Under the pieces are notes generated by a model. The model saw nothing but the letters and a program-made list of their open reading frames with translations, did not search any database and was not told where the DNA came from. A stretch of DNA of 51,329 bases, taken from Catajapyx aquilonaris. Lineage: Eukaryota. The stretch lies in contig JYFJ02002766.1 in the NCBI GenBank assembly GCA_000934665.2, positions 1 to 51,329 on the forward strand, in the 5' to 3' direction. Shown here piece after piece: positions 37,573 through 49,890 of the stretch (positions are counted from its first letter, which is position 1; every line of letters starts with the position of its first letter). The translations under genes were made by a program, and so were the position numbers.

Positions 37573-40191
37573 CTTTTCCCTTGTTGCATCAACTGGAAAG
37601 GATAGGGTTTGATCTGTGCATCCCTGCAGTTTTAATGGATTTGCAGCAGGTCGGGGGAATTGAGCAGTACTCTGCAGTGTTTTGAAAGTGAGAGACACCA
37701 CCTCCATATGCCCACAACTCGTCTTTTGGACCTCTTCTAGGCAGTTTCCGCAGATTTTGAGATGCCCTTTGAGATAGTTCTGCAATATTAATTTTTGCAG
37801 ATTTACTAGGAGAAACAATGCTTACTATCTAATATTACTCACGAGTGTGCCGTTTACCGAATTCCGCACATTCAGACCTGTGATTTTGCCGACTGTGGCA
37901 AATTCTTGGGAAGGTGTCATGGTGTCTGCCAAATGTAATACTTGGCAAACTTTGCACAGTAACTATTTGCAAAGCTCTGGCTGTGTGACCCTGCAGAATG
38001 CAAGTCTGGAAACTTCTCATTTTACATTAATCGATGCACTTGCAAAATCAGTGGGTTTCCTTTATGACTTTCATTTGCAGGATTTTAATTTGTGATCAAG
38101 ACTGGCTGCACATACTTGCACTTTATATCAGCGAATGCGTTCGACAAAGTTGTGTTCATTCGGTAGCTGCCAATTTGAAACTTTCTTTGATTTCCTAATC
38201 CGGTTGCCATAATTGTGATGATTTTTTCTCCCGAGATGTACCATGTGCAAATTGCCATTACTCTTTCAACGTAGCTGCACAACAGTTTAATCCAAAAGGA
38301 TGACCCAACTCCCAGTCTTATGTACTGTGTACATGTCTGAACATTTATGATTTATAGTGTAGCCATGTAACCATGTACATATAACTAGGCACTTGTCACA
38401 TAGGCTGGAAAGTCACTGCAGGGTTGTAAATACTTTTTGTTTTGTCTGCGTGCGTGTGTGGATGAGTGTATGACTGGTATTACTCTTTCCTCTCTTGACC
38501 TTTTCTTTCCAATTCCTGACATTTTGACCCCTGTCCCTACCTATCCCGACTCTCTTTTTCTAGACTTGGCAGGAGCTGAGTGGACCTTCGCTAGTTATAT
38601 GGAGCGAGGACAGCCTGTTTCCTTTGGGGAGATAGACCATGATGCTATTTGAATGTTAATGTGATGGAAATAGGCCATTTTTATCGGACAAAAGCAACTT
38701 TCCTTTTTGCTAATCATTTTAAGGATGTACATAATCACAACTTTTTTCTTTATGGACCGGTTTATTAAATGTATGGAGTTTAAATAAAACTGATGATGGA
38801 ACGAATCCCCTCTAGTGGCTTGAGTCATTACAATATTTCAATTGAGACGTTTAGCTTTTTTGAAACTTCGGTTAAAATAAGCCGAGGAAGACTGCGAGAA
38901 TGTAAGTAGTGATTGTAAGCCTTTGGAATGTTGTAATTGACATTGCTCTATTATTATTACATTTTGGAAGTAATTTATACCACCATATAGATCCCGATTG
39001 CGAAACATGTCTTGACCAATATGCCCTTGTAAGGGTCGCTTTCCAAATGACAATTCGCAGAAATTGTGTGTGCTAAACCAGGGAGGTGTGCGACAAAGTG
39101 TAGGGCTATGAACATAGTCTGCATTAATATTTCGCTCGGGTAATGATGTGGTGTACTGTACAGTTTGGCGTAATAGATTGCGAAAATGGTCAGCCTATTA
39201 TTTATAAGTACTCGATACTAAAGTGAATGGTTCAAATGGCCTGGTATCAATATAATAATTCAAGATCACTCCCCTTAATTAGAGCTGGGTCATTCCATGT
39301 GAAGTCACCGAGCTTTTAAGGAGAATTGACCCTTGGGTTGTCAGATCATGACGAAATTCGGCTCGTCGGTTTAGTTACGTCCCAGAAGAATACCATTTGA
39401 GCAGTTTTGCGATGTAGAAAAATGCATCTGAAGGAACCCCTGCGCACAGAGGGAGTATGCGATGCACCCAAATTGGCGCGAATCGGTCCCAGCCTGCGCC
39501 CATGTGTCATGCAGAGCTACGTATCCCAATTTACCATTTATTTCTCTTTTTTTACTCGTCTAAAGAAGGTGTAAATTGTGAACAGATAGACGATTGCTTG
39601 TTTTAAACTTACTTTGTTTCAGGTCTATAGAACAGAGAGACTCTGCCAGTGGTTACCGAATGTCAGCGTTTGCACAACCACAGAATGGAAGGGGACCAGG
39701 TCAGCAAATGACCCATTTTTGGAAGTGAAATATGATAAATACTACGATTCTATAGGACGTAGTGTAGTGTCTCGCGTGGAATGGGCCGCCTGTCTCCCAA
39801 TTCTAGGAACAAGGGTCCCCCACGGGTACACTATAGCTAATAGGGTAATATATTATTGCCCTCTCTCCCTCCCCCTCTTTCTCTGTTTCCTAAAACAACT
39901 TTGAAGCTGTGGTGTGCCATCAACCAAAACATTTTGTTTTATATTTAAGTGGCAACTTGACTTTGCAATTTTGCCAAAATGGCAAAAGGACAATATTTTT
40001 TGCCATGAATACATATAAGTAAATGTAGTGATGTGTTTCCCCTTAGGAACTCTCAGCGTCGTCCCATGACCCACTGTATATTTGGAGAACACCATTCATG
40101 GAGCCTGCAGGCTGGAACCTATTCGCGCCAATATCCAATGGCATTATTTTACCTTTGATGTTGAGTTGATTGTAAATGAACACTCACAATT

Positions 40192-40787
40192 AAGGGAAGT
40201 GTAAGTGTTGTCAGTGGAGTTTCTGAATGAAACTTGGCACAATAATGCAGGCAGGTAAGTTATTAAAGAAAATGCAAACAATTTAGGTGGATGCCCACAA
40301 GGTCAAAAGTTATGACCTCTCGAACTCACAAGGGACACTTTCCAAGGTCTCGCCGATTTTCTTGAAATTCGGTACATTGGTAGGCCACCCCAAGGGATGA
40401 AAAACGCACCTATAAAGTGACCTGCTCAAAATGAACCGGTTGACCCTATTTTGGGGGGCAGAGGTCAACTCTTAAATGCCGAAAGCTCACCGATTTTCTT
40501 GAAATTTGGTGCATTGATAGCCCCCAAAAAGGGGTCACCGGGTCATTTTGAGCAAGTCACTTTAGGTGCGTTTTTCATCCCTTGGGGTGGGCTACCAATA
40601 TACCGAATCTGGAATCTCAAGAAAATTGGTGAGACCTTGGAAAGACGTGTCCCTTGTGAGTTCAAGAGGTCATAACTTTTGACCTTGTGGGCATCCGCCT
40701 CAATTGTTAGCGTTTTCTTTAATAACTTACCTGCCTATATTATTGTACCAAGTTTCATTCAGAAACTCCACGGACAACACTTCCCTT
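40192..40787. mobile_element. Foldback/MITE with ~260-bp inverted arms
   Basis: 40192-40458 is the near-perfect reverse complement of 40520-40787 around a ~60-bp spacer. The left end reads TTAA-GGGAAGTG; the right end reads CACTTCCC-TTGT (TTAA degraded). Confidence 0.85.
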
Positions 40788-41124
40788 GTCAGACCTAATA
40801 TATTGATCATGGGGATCATGTCTTACTGTGTGCTGTCAGTTTTTTCCCTGAATTAATAATTACCTCTTGTAAGCTCATATGAACACACTAATAACATTCG
40901 CAGAACATACTGGAATCCAGCAGGAGTGTGACATTTCTGCGAACAGATGTGAATCAATATTGGAAGGTGTCGTTCAGATAACGATTCTTCTTCCTATCAC
41001 TTGAGCTAACTTCTGGGAAAGAAACATGTTCGTTTGGGCTTTGCTGGCACCTTGTTATTGGTTATGCTGAACAATATCAATGTAAATAGCACAACTCCTG
41101 TCTGTACATCGTGCATCAAAGACA

Positions 41125-42002
41125 ATGCAAGTCATACCCATGTTCTGTGCAGTAGCCATGTTACTGAGACTTGTGTCTTGTAATGTGCTGCTTCAAGCAA
41201 AAGACAAAGGGAGTCTGCAGCCCCAATTCATGTGGAACCTGCTGAAGGAAGAGGAGCAGATAGAGTGCCCCGTGGTCGTACATCACGATGTGGGAGGTGT
41301 GCTTCCTCAGGAAATGATGAATTTGATGAAGAATGTGTCATCCCTATGGCGGCCTCTGCTTGTATCCATGTCTTTGGTCCGAAGCACTTGGGCATGCAAT
41401 CCATATAATGGCGATTCAACCTCACAACCTGTAGAGCCGAAGATGAAGACAGCCAAGTGCGCAATACATCTCATAGTGACATGTTCATCCAACTATGAAG
41501 ATTTCATTGAGGAGATATTAGAGGACTCAGAAAATGTACTGGTTGTTAGACCGACAAAGGACTTGTTTGTGTTCTGGGTTAGAGATGGTGCAGATGTTGA
41601 CTTTCTTCTAGAAAGACCACTCTCGAAAATTAAGTACAAGGTGGCCATCAACACTGGAGATAACACTCTGACAGTGAGTTCTGTGTGCCTTTTCTGCGAC
41701 GAAGGTGAGCATATCATTGAGTCGTCATCAGTCATGTCACCCAATCATTCCGATGTTTCTTTGCAACAAATATTCAGAGACACAGCCACTGACCTGCACG
41801 GAAAGTTGAAATGAGCAGATGGGACAGTGTTGATGCCAATGTGATGGTGTTTGCACTGGATAGGCTGCAAGGTCACTTCTTAATATTCTGCTGGGGAATA
41901 GTCATGGCTTTGTCTGCCTTCACTTACGAACTTATGGTTTGCAAGCAAAGATCAAGAATCTATTCATGTCCTAAATGTCAATCTGTAAGATGCATCTGGT
42001 GA
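41125..42002 (+). pseudogene. IR4, internally deleted ionotropic receptor pseudogene
   Basis: The N-terminal 229 aa match IR7/IR8, then jump at ~41809 out of frame to the M3 region (FALDRLQGHFLIF). About 1 kb covering S1-M1-M2-S2 is missing relative to IR7. Confidence 0.85.
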
Positions 42003-42319
42003 TGAAAATCATCGCAATCTTTGTAAGTTTTATTTATAATTATATCCCCCAGTATACACATACCTGTGTTACAGTGTCTTGATGTGTGTAAGAAGAATTT
42101 GAATAAAATAAATCAATGATGTTGTTATTAATATTTTATTCGTGTACCATTGCACAAAAATCATTACATTGCTCCAACAAACCAACACAGTGTGTAAAAA
42201 GCCCAAAAAAGTGTTACAAAAGTAAATATGATAGGAGAAAAAACCCGTCATCCCCCAAAAAAGTTTTGTCAAAATTTCCGAAAAATTTTACAACACTATT
42301 AGGACTAGGAACAGAACGA

Positions 42320-44248
42320 TTATGGTAAAAATGGATATTTCTTCGGTCCATACATACAGTGTACAATACGTTCATGAGTAAAGGCCGCGAGAGCCAAGCA
42401 TATTCCACAGAAAAACACTATAAAATGACCTTGTAACCTGTCTAGTGTAAACACCACCCTTACTTTGTCACTCTCAACAAAGTGGTCCCTTCTTCTGGAG
42501 TGAGCAGCATCCAGCAATCTTCTGTGCTCCAGCAATCTGTGACTCTTCACATGAAGTCCTATGCTATAGAAGATGTGATTCCAATAGTTCCAGTTCTCAA
42601 AATAAATAGTTTCTTTTAGCATGGCTGCTGTAGAGTAATAAATCAAAACAAAGTAATCTTCAGATTTGAAAACATTGCCCTGGCCATACACATCTAACAC
42701 TTCCATGGCGTAATTTAATAACCACGGTTTATCCATACAAACACTGTCTTCAGTCAGGACATTGTCAAAACACTTCTCCCATTCTTCCACTTTTGCTATT
42801 CTCTTGTACATGTTCTCGTAAGGGTTGTGCTCTTTGAACTCCATTGGTTCAATAAATACAAGATGAGTGTCTTCGTGCATTTTTATAGCAAACGTAGAAT
42901 TTGTTAGTTCTTTAAAATTGTCCGGGATCTCCTCCAATGGAGGAGAAGTGAGGACGGTGTAGAGTTTGGCGCAGTACACCGTCGTAATTATGATGGAGAA
43001 GTATATCCAAGTCATGGCCACAACCTTTGAGGCGGAGGGACCAGGAAATGGGGTGCTTTCTTCTAAGGCAACTTTCACCAAGTACTGCATGTGAACAGAG
43101 AACGATGAAGGTTGTCCAAGTCTGCCCTGGACAAACATTCTATGAAATTTGGCAATGAGCACTAAAGCTACACATGACACGAGCAACGAAGCAGAAATCA
43201 TGCACCAAGTACATGGAGTGAAGGGATATAGAATGACAAATGGGCTGACATCTGGTCCTGGTGTCCGTGCCAGGAAGGTCACTTTGTCGTTCTCATAAGG
43301 CGCTGTAAGGTCACCCGCTGCGTTGACAATTTCTATTACCGGAAAATCTACGAAAAAGTTCAGTTTTCCGATGAGTACGTCCTGTATGATTAAACCTAGT
43401 GCTGTGAAGTTGTTGAATAATCCGGTTGTATCTAATGCGGATATGTGCCAAGTGAAGTTAAGAGCTTTTCCGAAAAAACACAACGGAGTGTCCAGTCTCG
43501 TAGGGTTACCACACTCAGTATAACTCATATTTCTGGAACCCAGAGAATTTAACAATTTTCCGTGCAGGTTATTGGCCGTGTTTTTAAACAGTTTTCTAAA
43601 CAAATTGTGAGAATTATTCGACGATATTGCGACTGATTCGACAACTGGGTTCCCCTCATCACAATAGAAACACACGGAATGCACCAGTAAAGAACCGTTT
43701 TGTTGAGACTTGATGGACACCTTGTACTTGATTGCTGACACTGGTTTCCCAAGGAGATAATTGGCGTCCTCATTGTCTCGAATCCAAAACACAAACCTGT
43801 CCTTTGTTCTCTTCACTACCAATGCATTTACTTGCTCGTCTAATATCTGGTCCATAAAATCCTCAAAATTGGAGGAGCATACCGTAACCAGGTGTATGGC
43901 GCACTTAGCCATCTTCTCTCGAGGATCCAGTTCTAGACGTGATGGTGATGTACCGTCTCCTGAAGATGAATCGCAGTTCCAAGTGCTGACAGAATTCGAT
44001 TTGGAAACGAGCAGAGGCCGTCCAAGATATGATACGTTCCTGATGAAGTCCATCAGGTCTTCAGGAAAATGATCTAAGTCATGATGTAGCAGAGCAGGAC
44101 ACTCCACTCGCTCATTGTCCTTCAGCAGGTTCCACATGAACTGGCTTTCCACTCTGTATATAGTTGTATTCTTCCAGTGCATGAGTCCGTGACCCGAAAC
44201 TATTGACAACAATGTGACTAGTAGGTTAAAAGTATTTCTGATCTGCAT
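42320..44248 (-). CDS. Divergent ionotropic receptor IR5 (642 aa, intact)
   Basis: Same architecture: WIYFSIIITTVYCAKLYTVLT and FTLDRLQGHFIVF. Confidence 0.9.
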   Translation of the reverse strand: MQIRNTFNLLVTLLSIVSGHGLMHWKNTTIYRVESQFMWNLLKDNERVECPALLHHDLDHFPEDLMDFIRNVSYLGRPLLVSKSNSVSTWNCDSSSGDGTSPSRLELDPREKMAKCAIHLVTVCSSNFEDFMDQILDEQVNALVVKRTKDRFVFWIRDNEDANYLLGKPVSAIKYKVSIKSQQNGSLLVHSVCFYCDEGNPVVESVAISSNNSHNLFRKLFKNTANNLHGKLLNSLGSRNMSYTECGNPTRLDTPLCFFGKALNFTWHISALDTTGLFNNFTALGLIIQDVLIGKLNFFVDFPVIEIVNAAGDLTAPYENDKVTFLARTPGPDVSPFVILYPFTPCTWCMISASLLVSCVALVLIAKFHRMFVQGRLGQPSSFSVHMQYLVKVALEESTPFPGPSASKVVAMTWIYFSIIITTVYCAKLYTVLTSPPLEEIPDNFKELTNSTFAIKMHEDTHLVFIEPMEFKEHNPYENMYKRIAKVEEWEKCFDNVLTEDSVCMDKPWLLNYAMEVLDVYGQGNVFKSEDYFVLIYYSTAAMLKETIYFENWNYWNHIFYSIGLHVKSHRLLEHRRLLDAAHSRRRDHFVESDKVRVVFTLDRLQGHFIVFFCGICLALAAFTHERIVHCMYGPKKYPFLP

Positions 44249-44677
44249 TTTTTTACCCTACTCACGTTACACTATTTGTGTGTGTATAGATGCAGTATAG
44301 ATGTACAGAGTACGAACTTTACAGCTATAAATCGTAGTAATGTGTAGAGGCGACAGTGCGGGCAATGTAACTATATCTGACTCTCGTCATATAACCAGCC
44401 TAGATGACTGAAAGTATGGCAGCCCCTGATGGATTGCGAAACCGTAACACCAGACTATAATTATTTGGACTTGTGTTCTCAGAAGCGTCGCGTCCTTCTG
44501 CTCACTTCGTCTTGCTTGGCCGAGTTCTCAGAATATTGCATGGCTGGCTTGCCGATGGGCAGTGATGGTGTCCACATCAGTTGCTACAATAATTGATAGT
44601 TCCATTATCTCAGAACCAATTACCCTGAGGGTCCCTTTCCTGCTCTCATGGCAGTCATGGGTGTCATCATCGTCCTG

Positions 44678-44761
44678 TCCTAGAAGTCAACTTCACTGAA
44701 TAAGTTATCACTACTTGTAAGCTTACATGAACATACTAATGACATTCGGACAACATTGTGT
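44678..44761 (+). repeat. Conserved IR upstream block of the right array (other copies ~40847-40910, ~47712-47795, ~50088-50172)
   Basis: Core AGTTATCACTACTTGTAAGCTTACAT...CTAATGACAT...AACATTGTG. Confidence 0.8.
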
Positions 44762-45347
44762 AAGCCTCGATCGACTTGATGGTTTTAAAAATTAATTTAA
44801 AAAAAAGAGAGAGACCTTCCTTCAGCGGTCAAAAAATTGAATCGTTCCGGTTTGTGTTGGCCCCATCCCCAACGCCCACCCTGCCACTGATCAAGTGGGT
44901 GTATTTACTTGATACCTGGGAATTCCCTTCTCAAACCTATTAGCCCCCCAAAAAATATTCGATCCCAGAATTTTAACTATAGGTCCAATACACTCACAAT
45001 CACATGCAAATGATTAGCACAATTTTAGGTCATTTTCCATGGGTTTTTGTACGCTGACCTTTGACCTAAAAGGCCAACCTGCAACAAACAATGGAAAAAC
45101 TGCGGATTAACTTTCATTGGTACAATTTTGAAACTTTTTGTGTCCATATGTTGCCACGGCTCAGATACATATGCACATGTACAATTAATACAATAATAAC
45201 CAATGACATTAAAATACACTATTGCTGGACGTATTTGTGTTACACCCCCCCAAAAATGGACTTAACCGCCTTTGATCTGAGACGCCTCATTTATCCATGT
45301 ACAACTGCACGAAAATCATTACACTGCTGTTGTTGGGCAAAACTACA

Positions 45348-47279
45348 TTATGGTAAAAATGGGTATTTCTTCGGCCCATACATGCAATGTACAACACGTT
45401 CATGAATGAAGGCCGCGAGTGCCAAGCATATTCCACAGCAAAACACTATGAAGTGACCCTGCAACCTATCCAGGGTAAACACCACTCTGTCTTTGTCACT
45501 ATCAACAAAATGGTCCCTTCTTCTAGCCTGAGCAGCATCCAGCAATCTTCTGTGCTCCAGCAATCTCTCACTTTTCACATGAAGTCCTATGCTGTAGAAG
45601 ATGTGATTCCAATAGTTCCAGTTATCATAGTAGATAGTCCCTTTTAGAACAGCAGTGGAGAGATAAATTAAAACAAAGTAATCTTCAGATTTGAAAACAT
45701 TGCCCTGACCATACATATCTAACTCTTCCATGGCGCTATTTAATAACCACAGGTTATCCATACAAACACTGTCTTCAGTGAAGACATTGTCAAAACACTC
45801 CTCATGTAGCTCCACTTTTGCTATTCTCTGGTACATGTTCTCGTAAGGGTCGTGCTCTTTGAACTCCATAGGCTCTATAAGTACAACATGTGTGTCTTTG
45901 TGCATTTTTATAGCAAACGTAGAATTTGTCAGTTCTTTGAAATTGTCCGGGATCTCCTCCAATGGAGGAGAAGTGAGGAAAGTGTAGAGTTTGGCGCAAT
46001 AAACGGTTGTAATGATAATGGAGAAGTATATCCAAATCATGGCCACAACCTTTGATGCAGAGGGACCAGGAAATGGGGCGCTTTCTTCTAGGGTAACTTT
46101 TATAAGGTAATTCAGGTGAACAGAGAACGATGAAGGTTGTCCAAGTCTGCCCTGGACAAACATTTCAGTGTGAATTTTGGCAATGAGCACTAAAGCTCCA
46201 CATGACACGAGCAACGAAGTAGCAATCATGCACCAAGTACATGGAGTGAAGGGATATAGAATGATGAATGGGCTGACATCTGGTCGTGGTGTCCGTGCCA
46301 AGAAGGTCACTTTGTTGTTTTCATAAGGCGCCATTAGGTCACCTGCTGTATTGAGCATTTCTATTACCGGAAAATCTGTGAAGAAGTTCAGTTTCCCGTC
46401 GAGTACATCCCGTATGATTACACCAAGTGCTGTGATGTTGTTGAATAATCCGGTTGTATCTAATGCATATTTGTACCAAGTGAAATTGAGAGCTTTTCCG
46501 AAAAAACACAATGGATGGTCGACTATAGTAGGGTCACCACACTCAGTGAAACTCTGATTTCTGTAACCCAAAGATTTTAACAATTTTCCGTGCAGGTTAT
46601 TGGCCGTGTTTTTAAACAGTTTTCTAAACAAATTGTGAGAATTATTCAACGATATTGCGACTGATTCGACAACTGGGTTCCCCTCATCACAATAGAAGCA
46701 CACGGAATGCACCAGTAAGGAACCGTTTTGTTGAGCGTTGATAGACACTTTGTACTTGATTGTAGGTAGTGGTTTTTTAAGGAGATAATTGGCGTCCTCA
46801 TTGTCTCTAATCCAAAACACAAACCTGTCCCTTGTTCTCTTCACTACCAATGCATTTACTTGCTCGTCTAATATCTGGTCCATAAAATCCTCAAAAGTGG
46901 AGGAGCATACCATAACCAGGTGTAAGGCGCACTTGGCCATCTTCTTACGAGGATCCAGTTCTAGATGTGATTGTAAAGTACCGTCTCCTGAAGACGAATC
47001 GCAGTTCCAAGTGCTGACAGAATCCGATTTGGAAACGAGCAGAGGACGTCCAAGATATGACACGTTCCTGATGAAGTCCATCAGTTCTTCTGGGAAATGA
47101 TCTCCTAAGTCATGATGCAGCAGAGCAGGACACTCCACTTGCTCATCGTCATTCAGCAGGTTCCACATGAACTGGCTTTCCACACTGTCTCTAGTTGTAT
47201 TCTTCCAGTGCATGAGTCCATGACCCGACACTATTGACAACAATGTGACTAGTAGGTGAAAAGTATTTCTGATCTGCAT
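45348..47279 (-). CDS. Divergent ionotropic receptor IR6 (643 aa, intact), close paralogue of IR5
   Basis: Highly similar to 42320-44248, including the upstream flank. Confidence 0.9.
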   Translation of the reverse strand: MQIRNTFHLLVTLLSIVSGHGLMHWKNTTRDSVESQFMWNLLNDDEQVECPALLHHDLGDHFPEELMDFIRNVSYLGRPLLVSKSDSVSTWNCDSSSGDGTLQSHLELDPRKKMAKCALHLVMVCSSTFEDFMDQILDEQVNALVVKRTRDRFVFWIRDNEDANYLLKKPLPTIKYKVSINAQQNGSLLVHSVCFYCDEGNPVVESVAISLNNSHNLFRKLFKNTANNLHGKLLKSLGYRNQSFTECGDPTIVDHPLCFFGKALNFTWYKYALDTTGLFNNITALGVIIRDVLDGKLNFFTDFPVIEMLNTAGDLMAPYENNKVTFLARTPRPDVSPFIILYPFTPCTWCMIATSLLVSCGALVLIAKIHTEMFVQGRLGQPSSFSVHLNYLIKVTLEESAPFPGPSASKVVAMIWIYFSIIITTVYCAKLYTFLTSPPLEEIPDNFKELTNSTFAIKMHKDTHVVLIEPMEFKEHDPYENMYQRIAKVELHEECFDNVFTEDSVCMDNLWLLNSAMEELDMYGQGNVFKSEDYFVLIYLSTAVLKGTIYYDNWNYWNHIFYSIGLHVKSERLLEHRRLLDAAQARRRDHFVDSDKDRVVFTLDRLQGHFIVFCCGICLALAAFIHERVVHCMYGPKKYPFLP

Positions 47280-47988
47280 TTTTCAAACCCCTGCACCTTA
47301 CACTATTTATATGTGTATAGATAATAGATGTACAGAGTATGAACTTTAAAGTTTATGCAGTCAATCGTAGTTGTCTGCACAAGCGACAGTGAGGATAATG
47401 TAACTATATCTGACTCTCGTCATATAATGAGCCTAAATGATTAGGAGTATGGGAGCCTCTGCTGGATTACGAAACCGCAACATCAGACTTGTCTTCGCAG
47501 AAATGTTGCGTCCTTCTGCTCACGTCCCGTCGCGTCGTTTTGCTTGGCCGAGTTCTCAGAATATTGCATGGCTGGAAACTCTACACATCAGATGGGCAAT
47601 GATGTCCACTGTTGCTACAATTGATGGGATTGACAAATTCTCTTAGAAGCAATGACATAAGAGTTCATTTCCTGCCCTCCTGGGTGTCATAATCTGGTCA
47701 TAATCGTACTGTCCTAGGAGGAACTTCATTGAATTAGTTATCACTACTTGTAAGCTTACATGAACACCCTAATGACATCCCGACAACATTGTGAAACCAA
47801 CAGGGTTGGGAGCAGGAGAGCGTGACATTTCTGTTGACGACTTCATTTTGGATTCAGGCGATAATTATAGGTGGTCAGTGAGTGGGTTGCTCAACTCACT
47901 TTACTTCTTTCAGTCACTTGAGCTAACTGTCTAGCAAGAAACAGAAACCCCGATGTCACCTTCTCGAATAGTCCGTACATCGAAGACA

Positions 47989-49890
47989 ATGCAGGTCACA
48001 TGCATGTTCTACGCAGTAGCCATGTTACTGAGACTGGTGTCCTGTCATGTGCCGCTTCATGAGAAAGAAGATGGGGTTAGTCTGCAGACGCAATTCATAT
48101 GGAAACTTCTGAAGGTGGAGCAGGTGGAGTGTCCCGTTGTCATAAGTCATGACGTGGGAGGTGCGCTGCCTGAAGAGATGATGAACTTAATGAAGAACAT
48201 GTCATCCATAGGGCGACCTTTGTTCCTATCCGCGTCAAGTTCTGTCCGAAGCACTTGGACATGCAATCCTTATTCCGATAACTCAATCTCACAACCAGTT
48301 TTTGACCTGGCGCCGAAGATGAAGACGGCCAAGTGCGCAATCCATCTCGTAGTGACATGTTCATCCAACTATGAAGATATCATCGATGAGATATTAGAGG
48401 AATCAGAAAATGTACTGGTGGTTAGAAAGACAAAGGACATGTTTGTTTTCTGGGTTAGAGATAGTGTAGATGTAGACTTTCTTCTGGAAAAACCATTCTC
48501 AAAAATCAAGTACAAGGTGGCTATCAACACTGGAGAGAACAACACTCTATCGGTGAGTTCTGTGTGTCTTTTCTGCGACGAAGGAAAGCCGATCATTAAT
48601 TCGTCCATCGTGTCACCAAATCATTCCGATGTTTCTTTGCGACAAGTATTCAGAGACACAGCAACTGACCTGTATGGAAAGTTGTTGAGATCTCTAGGCG
48701 GTTACGATACAAGTTCCTCGGACTGTGAAGACCACAGGGAGATGGAGCATCAACTGTGCTTTTTCGGAAAAGCTCTCAATTTCACATGGCAGATATCGGA
48801 ATTTGATGGTATTACCGCACTTAATAACCTTACTATAATGGGTCAAATTGTCAGAGACATTTTAGACGAAAAATTGAACTTTGTCACCTACGCTCCTGTA
48901 ATAGTGTTGGCCTACATGATGGGTGACCTGATGGCGCCGTATGAGAACGACAAAATAACATTTCTTGTGCGGACTCCTAGAGAGGCCATCAATGCACTCA
49001 TCATTCTATATCCATTTACAATTGGAACTTGGTGTATGATTGGTACTTCACTGCTTATTTCAAGTGTAGCTTTAGTGTTGATTACTAGAGTACAAAGTGG
49101 ATATCTCACTCAAACATCGTTCACTGCTCATGTAACGTACCTCATGAAAGTGATCCTAGAAGAAAGCTCCCCATTCCCTCGTTTGTCTCTCTCAAAGGCG
49201 GTAGCGATGATGTGGATATATTTTTCAATGGTCATTACCACAGTGTACTGCGCCAAACTATACCTTTTTCTTACTTTTCCACCAAGAGAAAACATTCCAG
49301 ACACTTTTCATGAACTGGCCAATTCTACCTTTTCTGTTCGAATGACAAAAACCTTTCACACAATGTTCAGTTCTAGCATAGACTTAGAAAATGGCAATTA
49401 TGAGCAGATGTACAATAGAATAGAGACAGTTGAAGAGTGGAAGGATTGTTATCAAAATATTTTCCGTGGAGACAACGTGTGTATTGAATTGAGATGTTCG
49501 TTACAATATGCTATGGAAACGTTAGCTGCGGAAGGTCAATGTACTGCCTTCATATCCGATGATTATTTTGTTCTGGTGTATAGCTCCACTGCTCTTCTAA
49601 AGGGAAATTTATATTATGAGAGCTGGAACTATTGGAATCATATCTTCTACAGCATCGGACTGACACTGAGGAGTGATCGGTTGGACGAACACCTGAGGTT
49701 GTTGGCAGCGGAGAGGAATAGAAGGAATAACAGTGTTGATGAGGAAGGAAGGGTGGTGTTTACACTTGACAGATTGCAGGGACACTTCTTAATTTTCTGC
49801 TGTGGAATATCCATGTCTCTAGCCGCCTTCACTTATGAACTCATTGTGCTTTTCAAACACCGTTCATATAAATATCCATTCCTGCCCTAA
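47989..49890 (+). CDS. Divergent ionotropic receptor IR7 (intact; start at MQVT by homology)
   Basis: ORF 47953-49890. Paralogues start at MQV; WIYFSMVITTVYCAKLYLFLT and FTLDRLQGHFLIF are present. Confidence 0.9.
   Translation: MQVTCMFYAVAMLLRLVSCHVPLHEKEDGVSLQTQFIWKLLKVEQVECPVVISHDVGGALPEEMMNLMKNMSSIGRPLFLSASSSVRSTWTCNPYSDNSISQPVFDLAPKMKTAKCAIHLVVTCSSNYEDIIDEILEESENVLVVRKTKDMFVFWVRDSVDVDFLLEKPFSKIKYKVAINTGENNTLSVSSVCLFCDEGKPIINSSIVSPNHSDVSLRQVFRDTATDLYGKLLRSLGGYDTSSSDCEDHREMEHQLCFFGKALNFTWQISEFDGITALNNLTIMGQIVRDILDEKLNFVTYAPVIVLAYMMGDLMAPYENDKITFLVRTPREAINALIILYPFTIGTWCMIGTSLLISSVALVLITRVQSGYLTQTSFTAHVTYLMKVILEESSPFPRLSLSKAVAMMWIYFSMVITTVYCAKLYLFLTFPPRENIPDTFHELANSTFSVRMTKTFHTMFSSSIDLENGNYEQMYNRIETVEEWKDCYQNIFRGDNVCIELRCSLQYAMETLAAEGQCTAFISDDYFVLVYSSTALLKGNLYYESWNYWNHIFYSIGLTLRSDRLDEHLRLLAAERNRRNNSVDEEGRVVFTLDRLQGHFLIFCCGISMSLAAFTYELIVLFKHRSYKYPFLP

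Noticed and set aside
37600..40150. Short ORFs downstream of CLPX and a TE-like segment from ~39285
   Set aside because: Probably 3' UTR plus repeat remnants; no motif or matching termini found.
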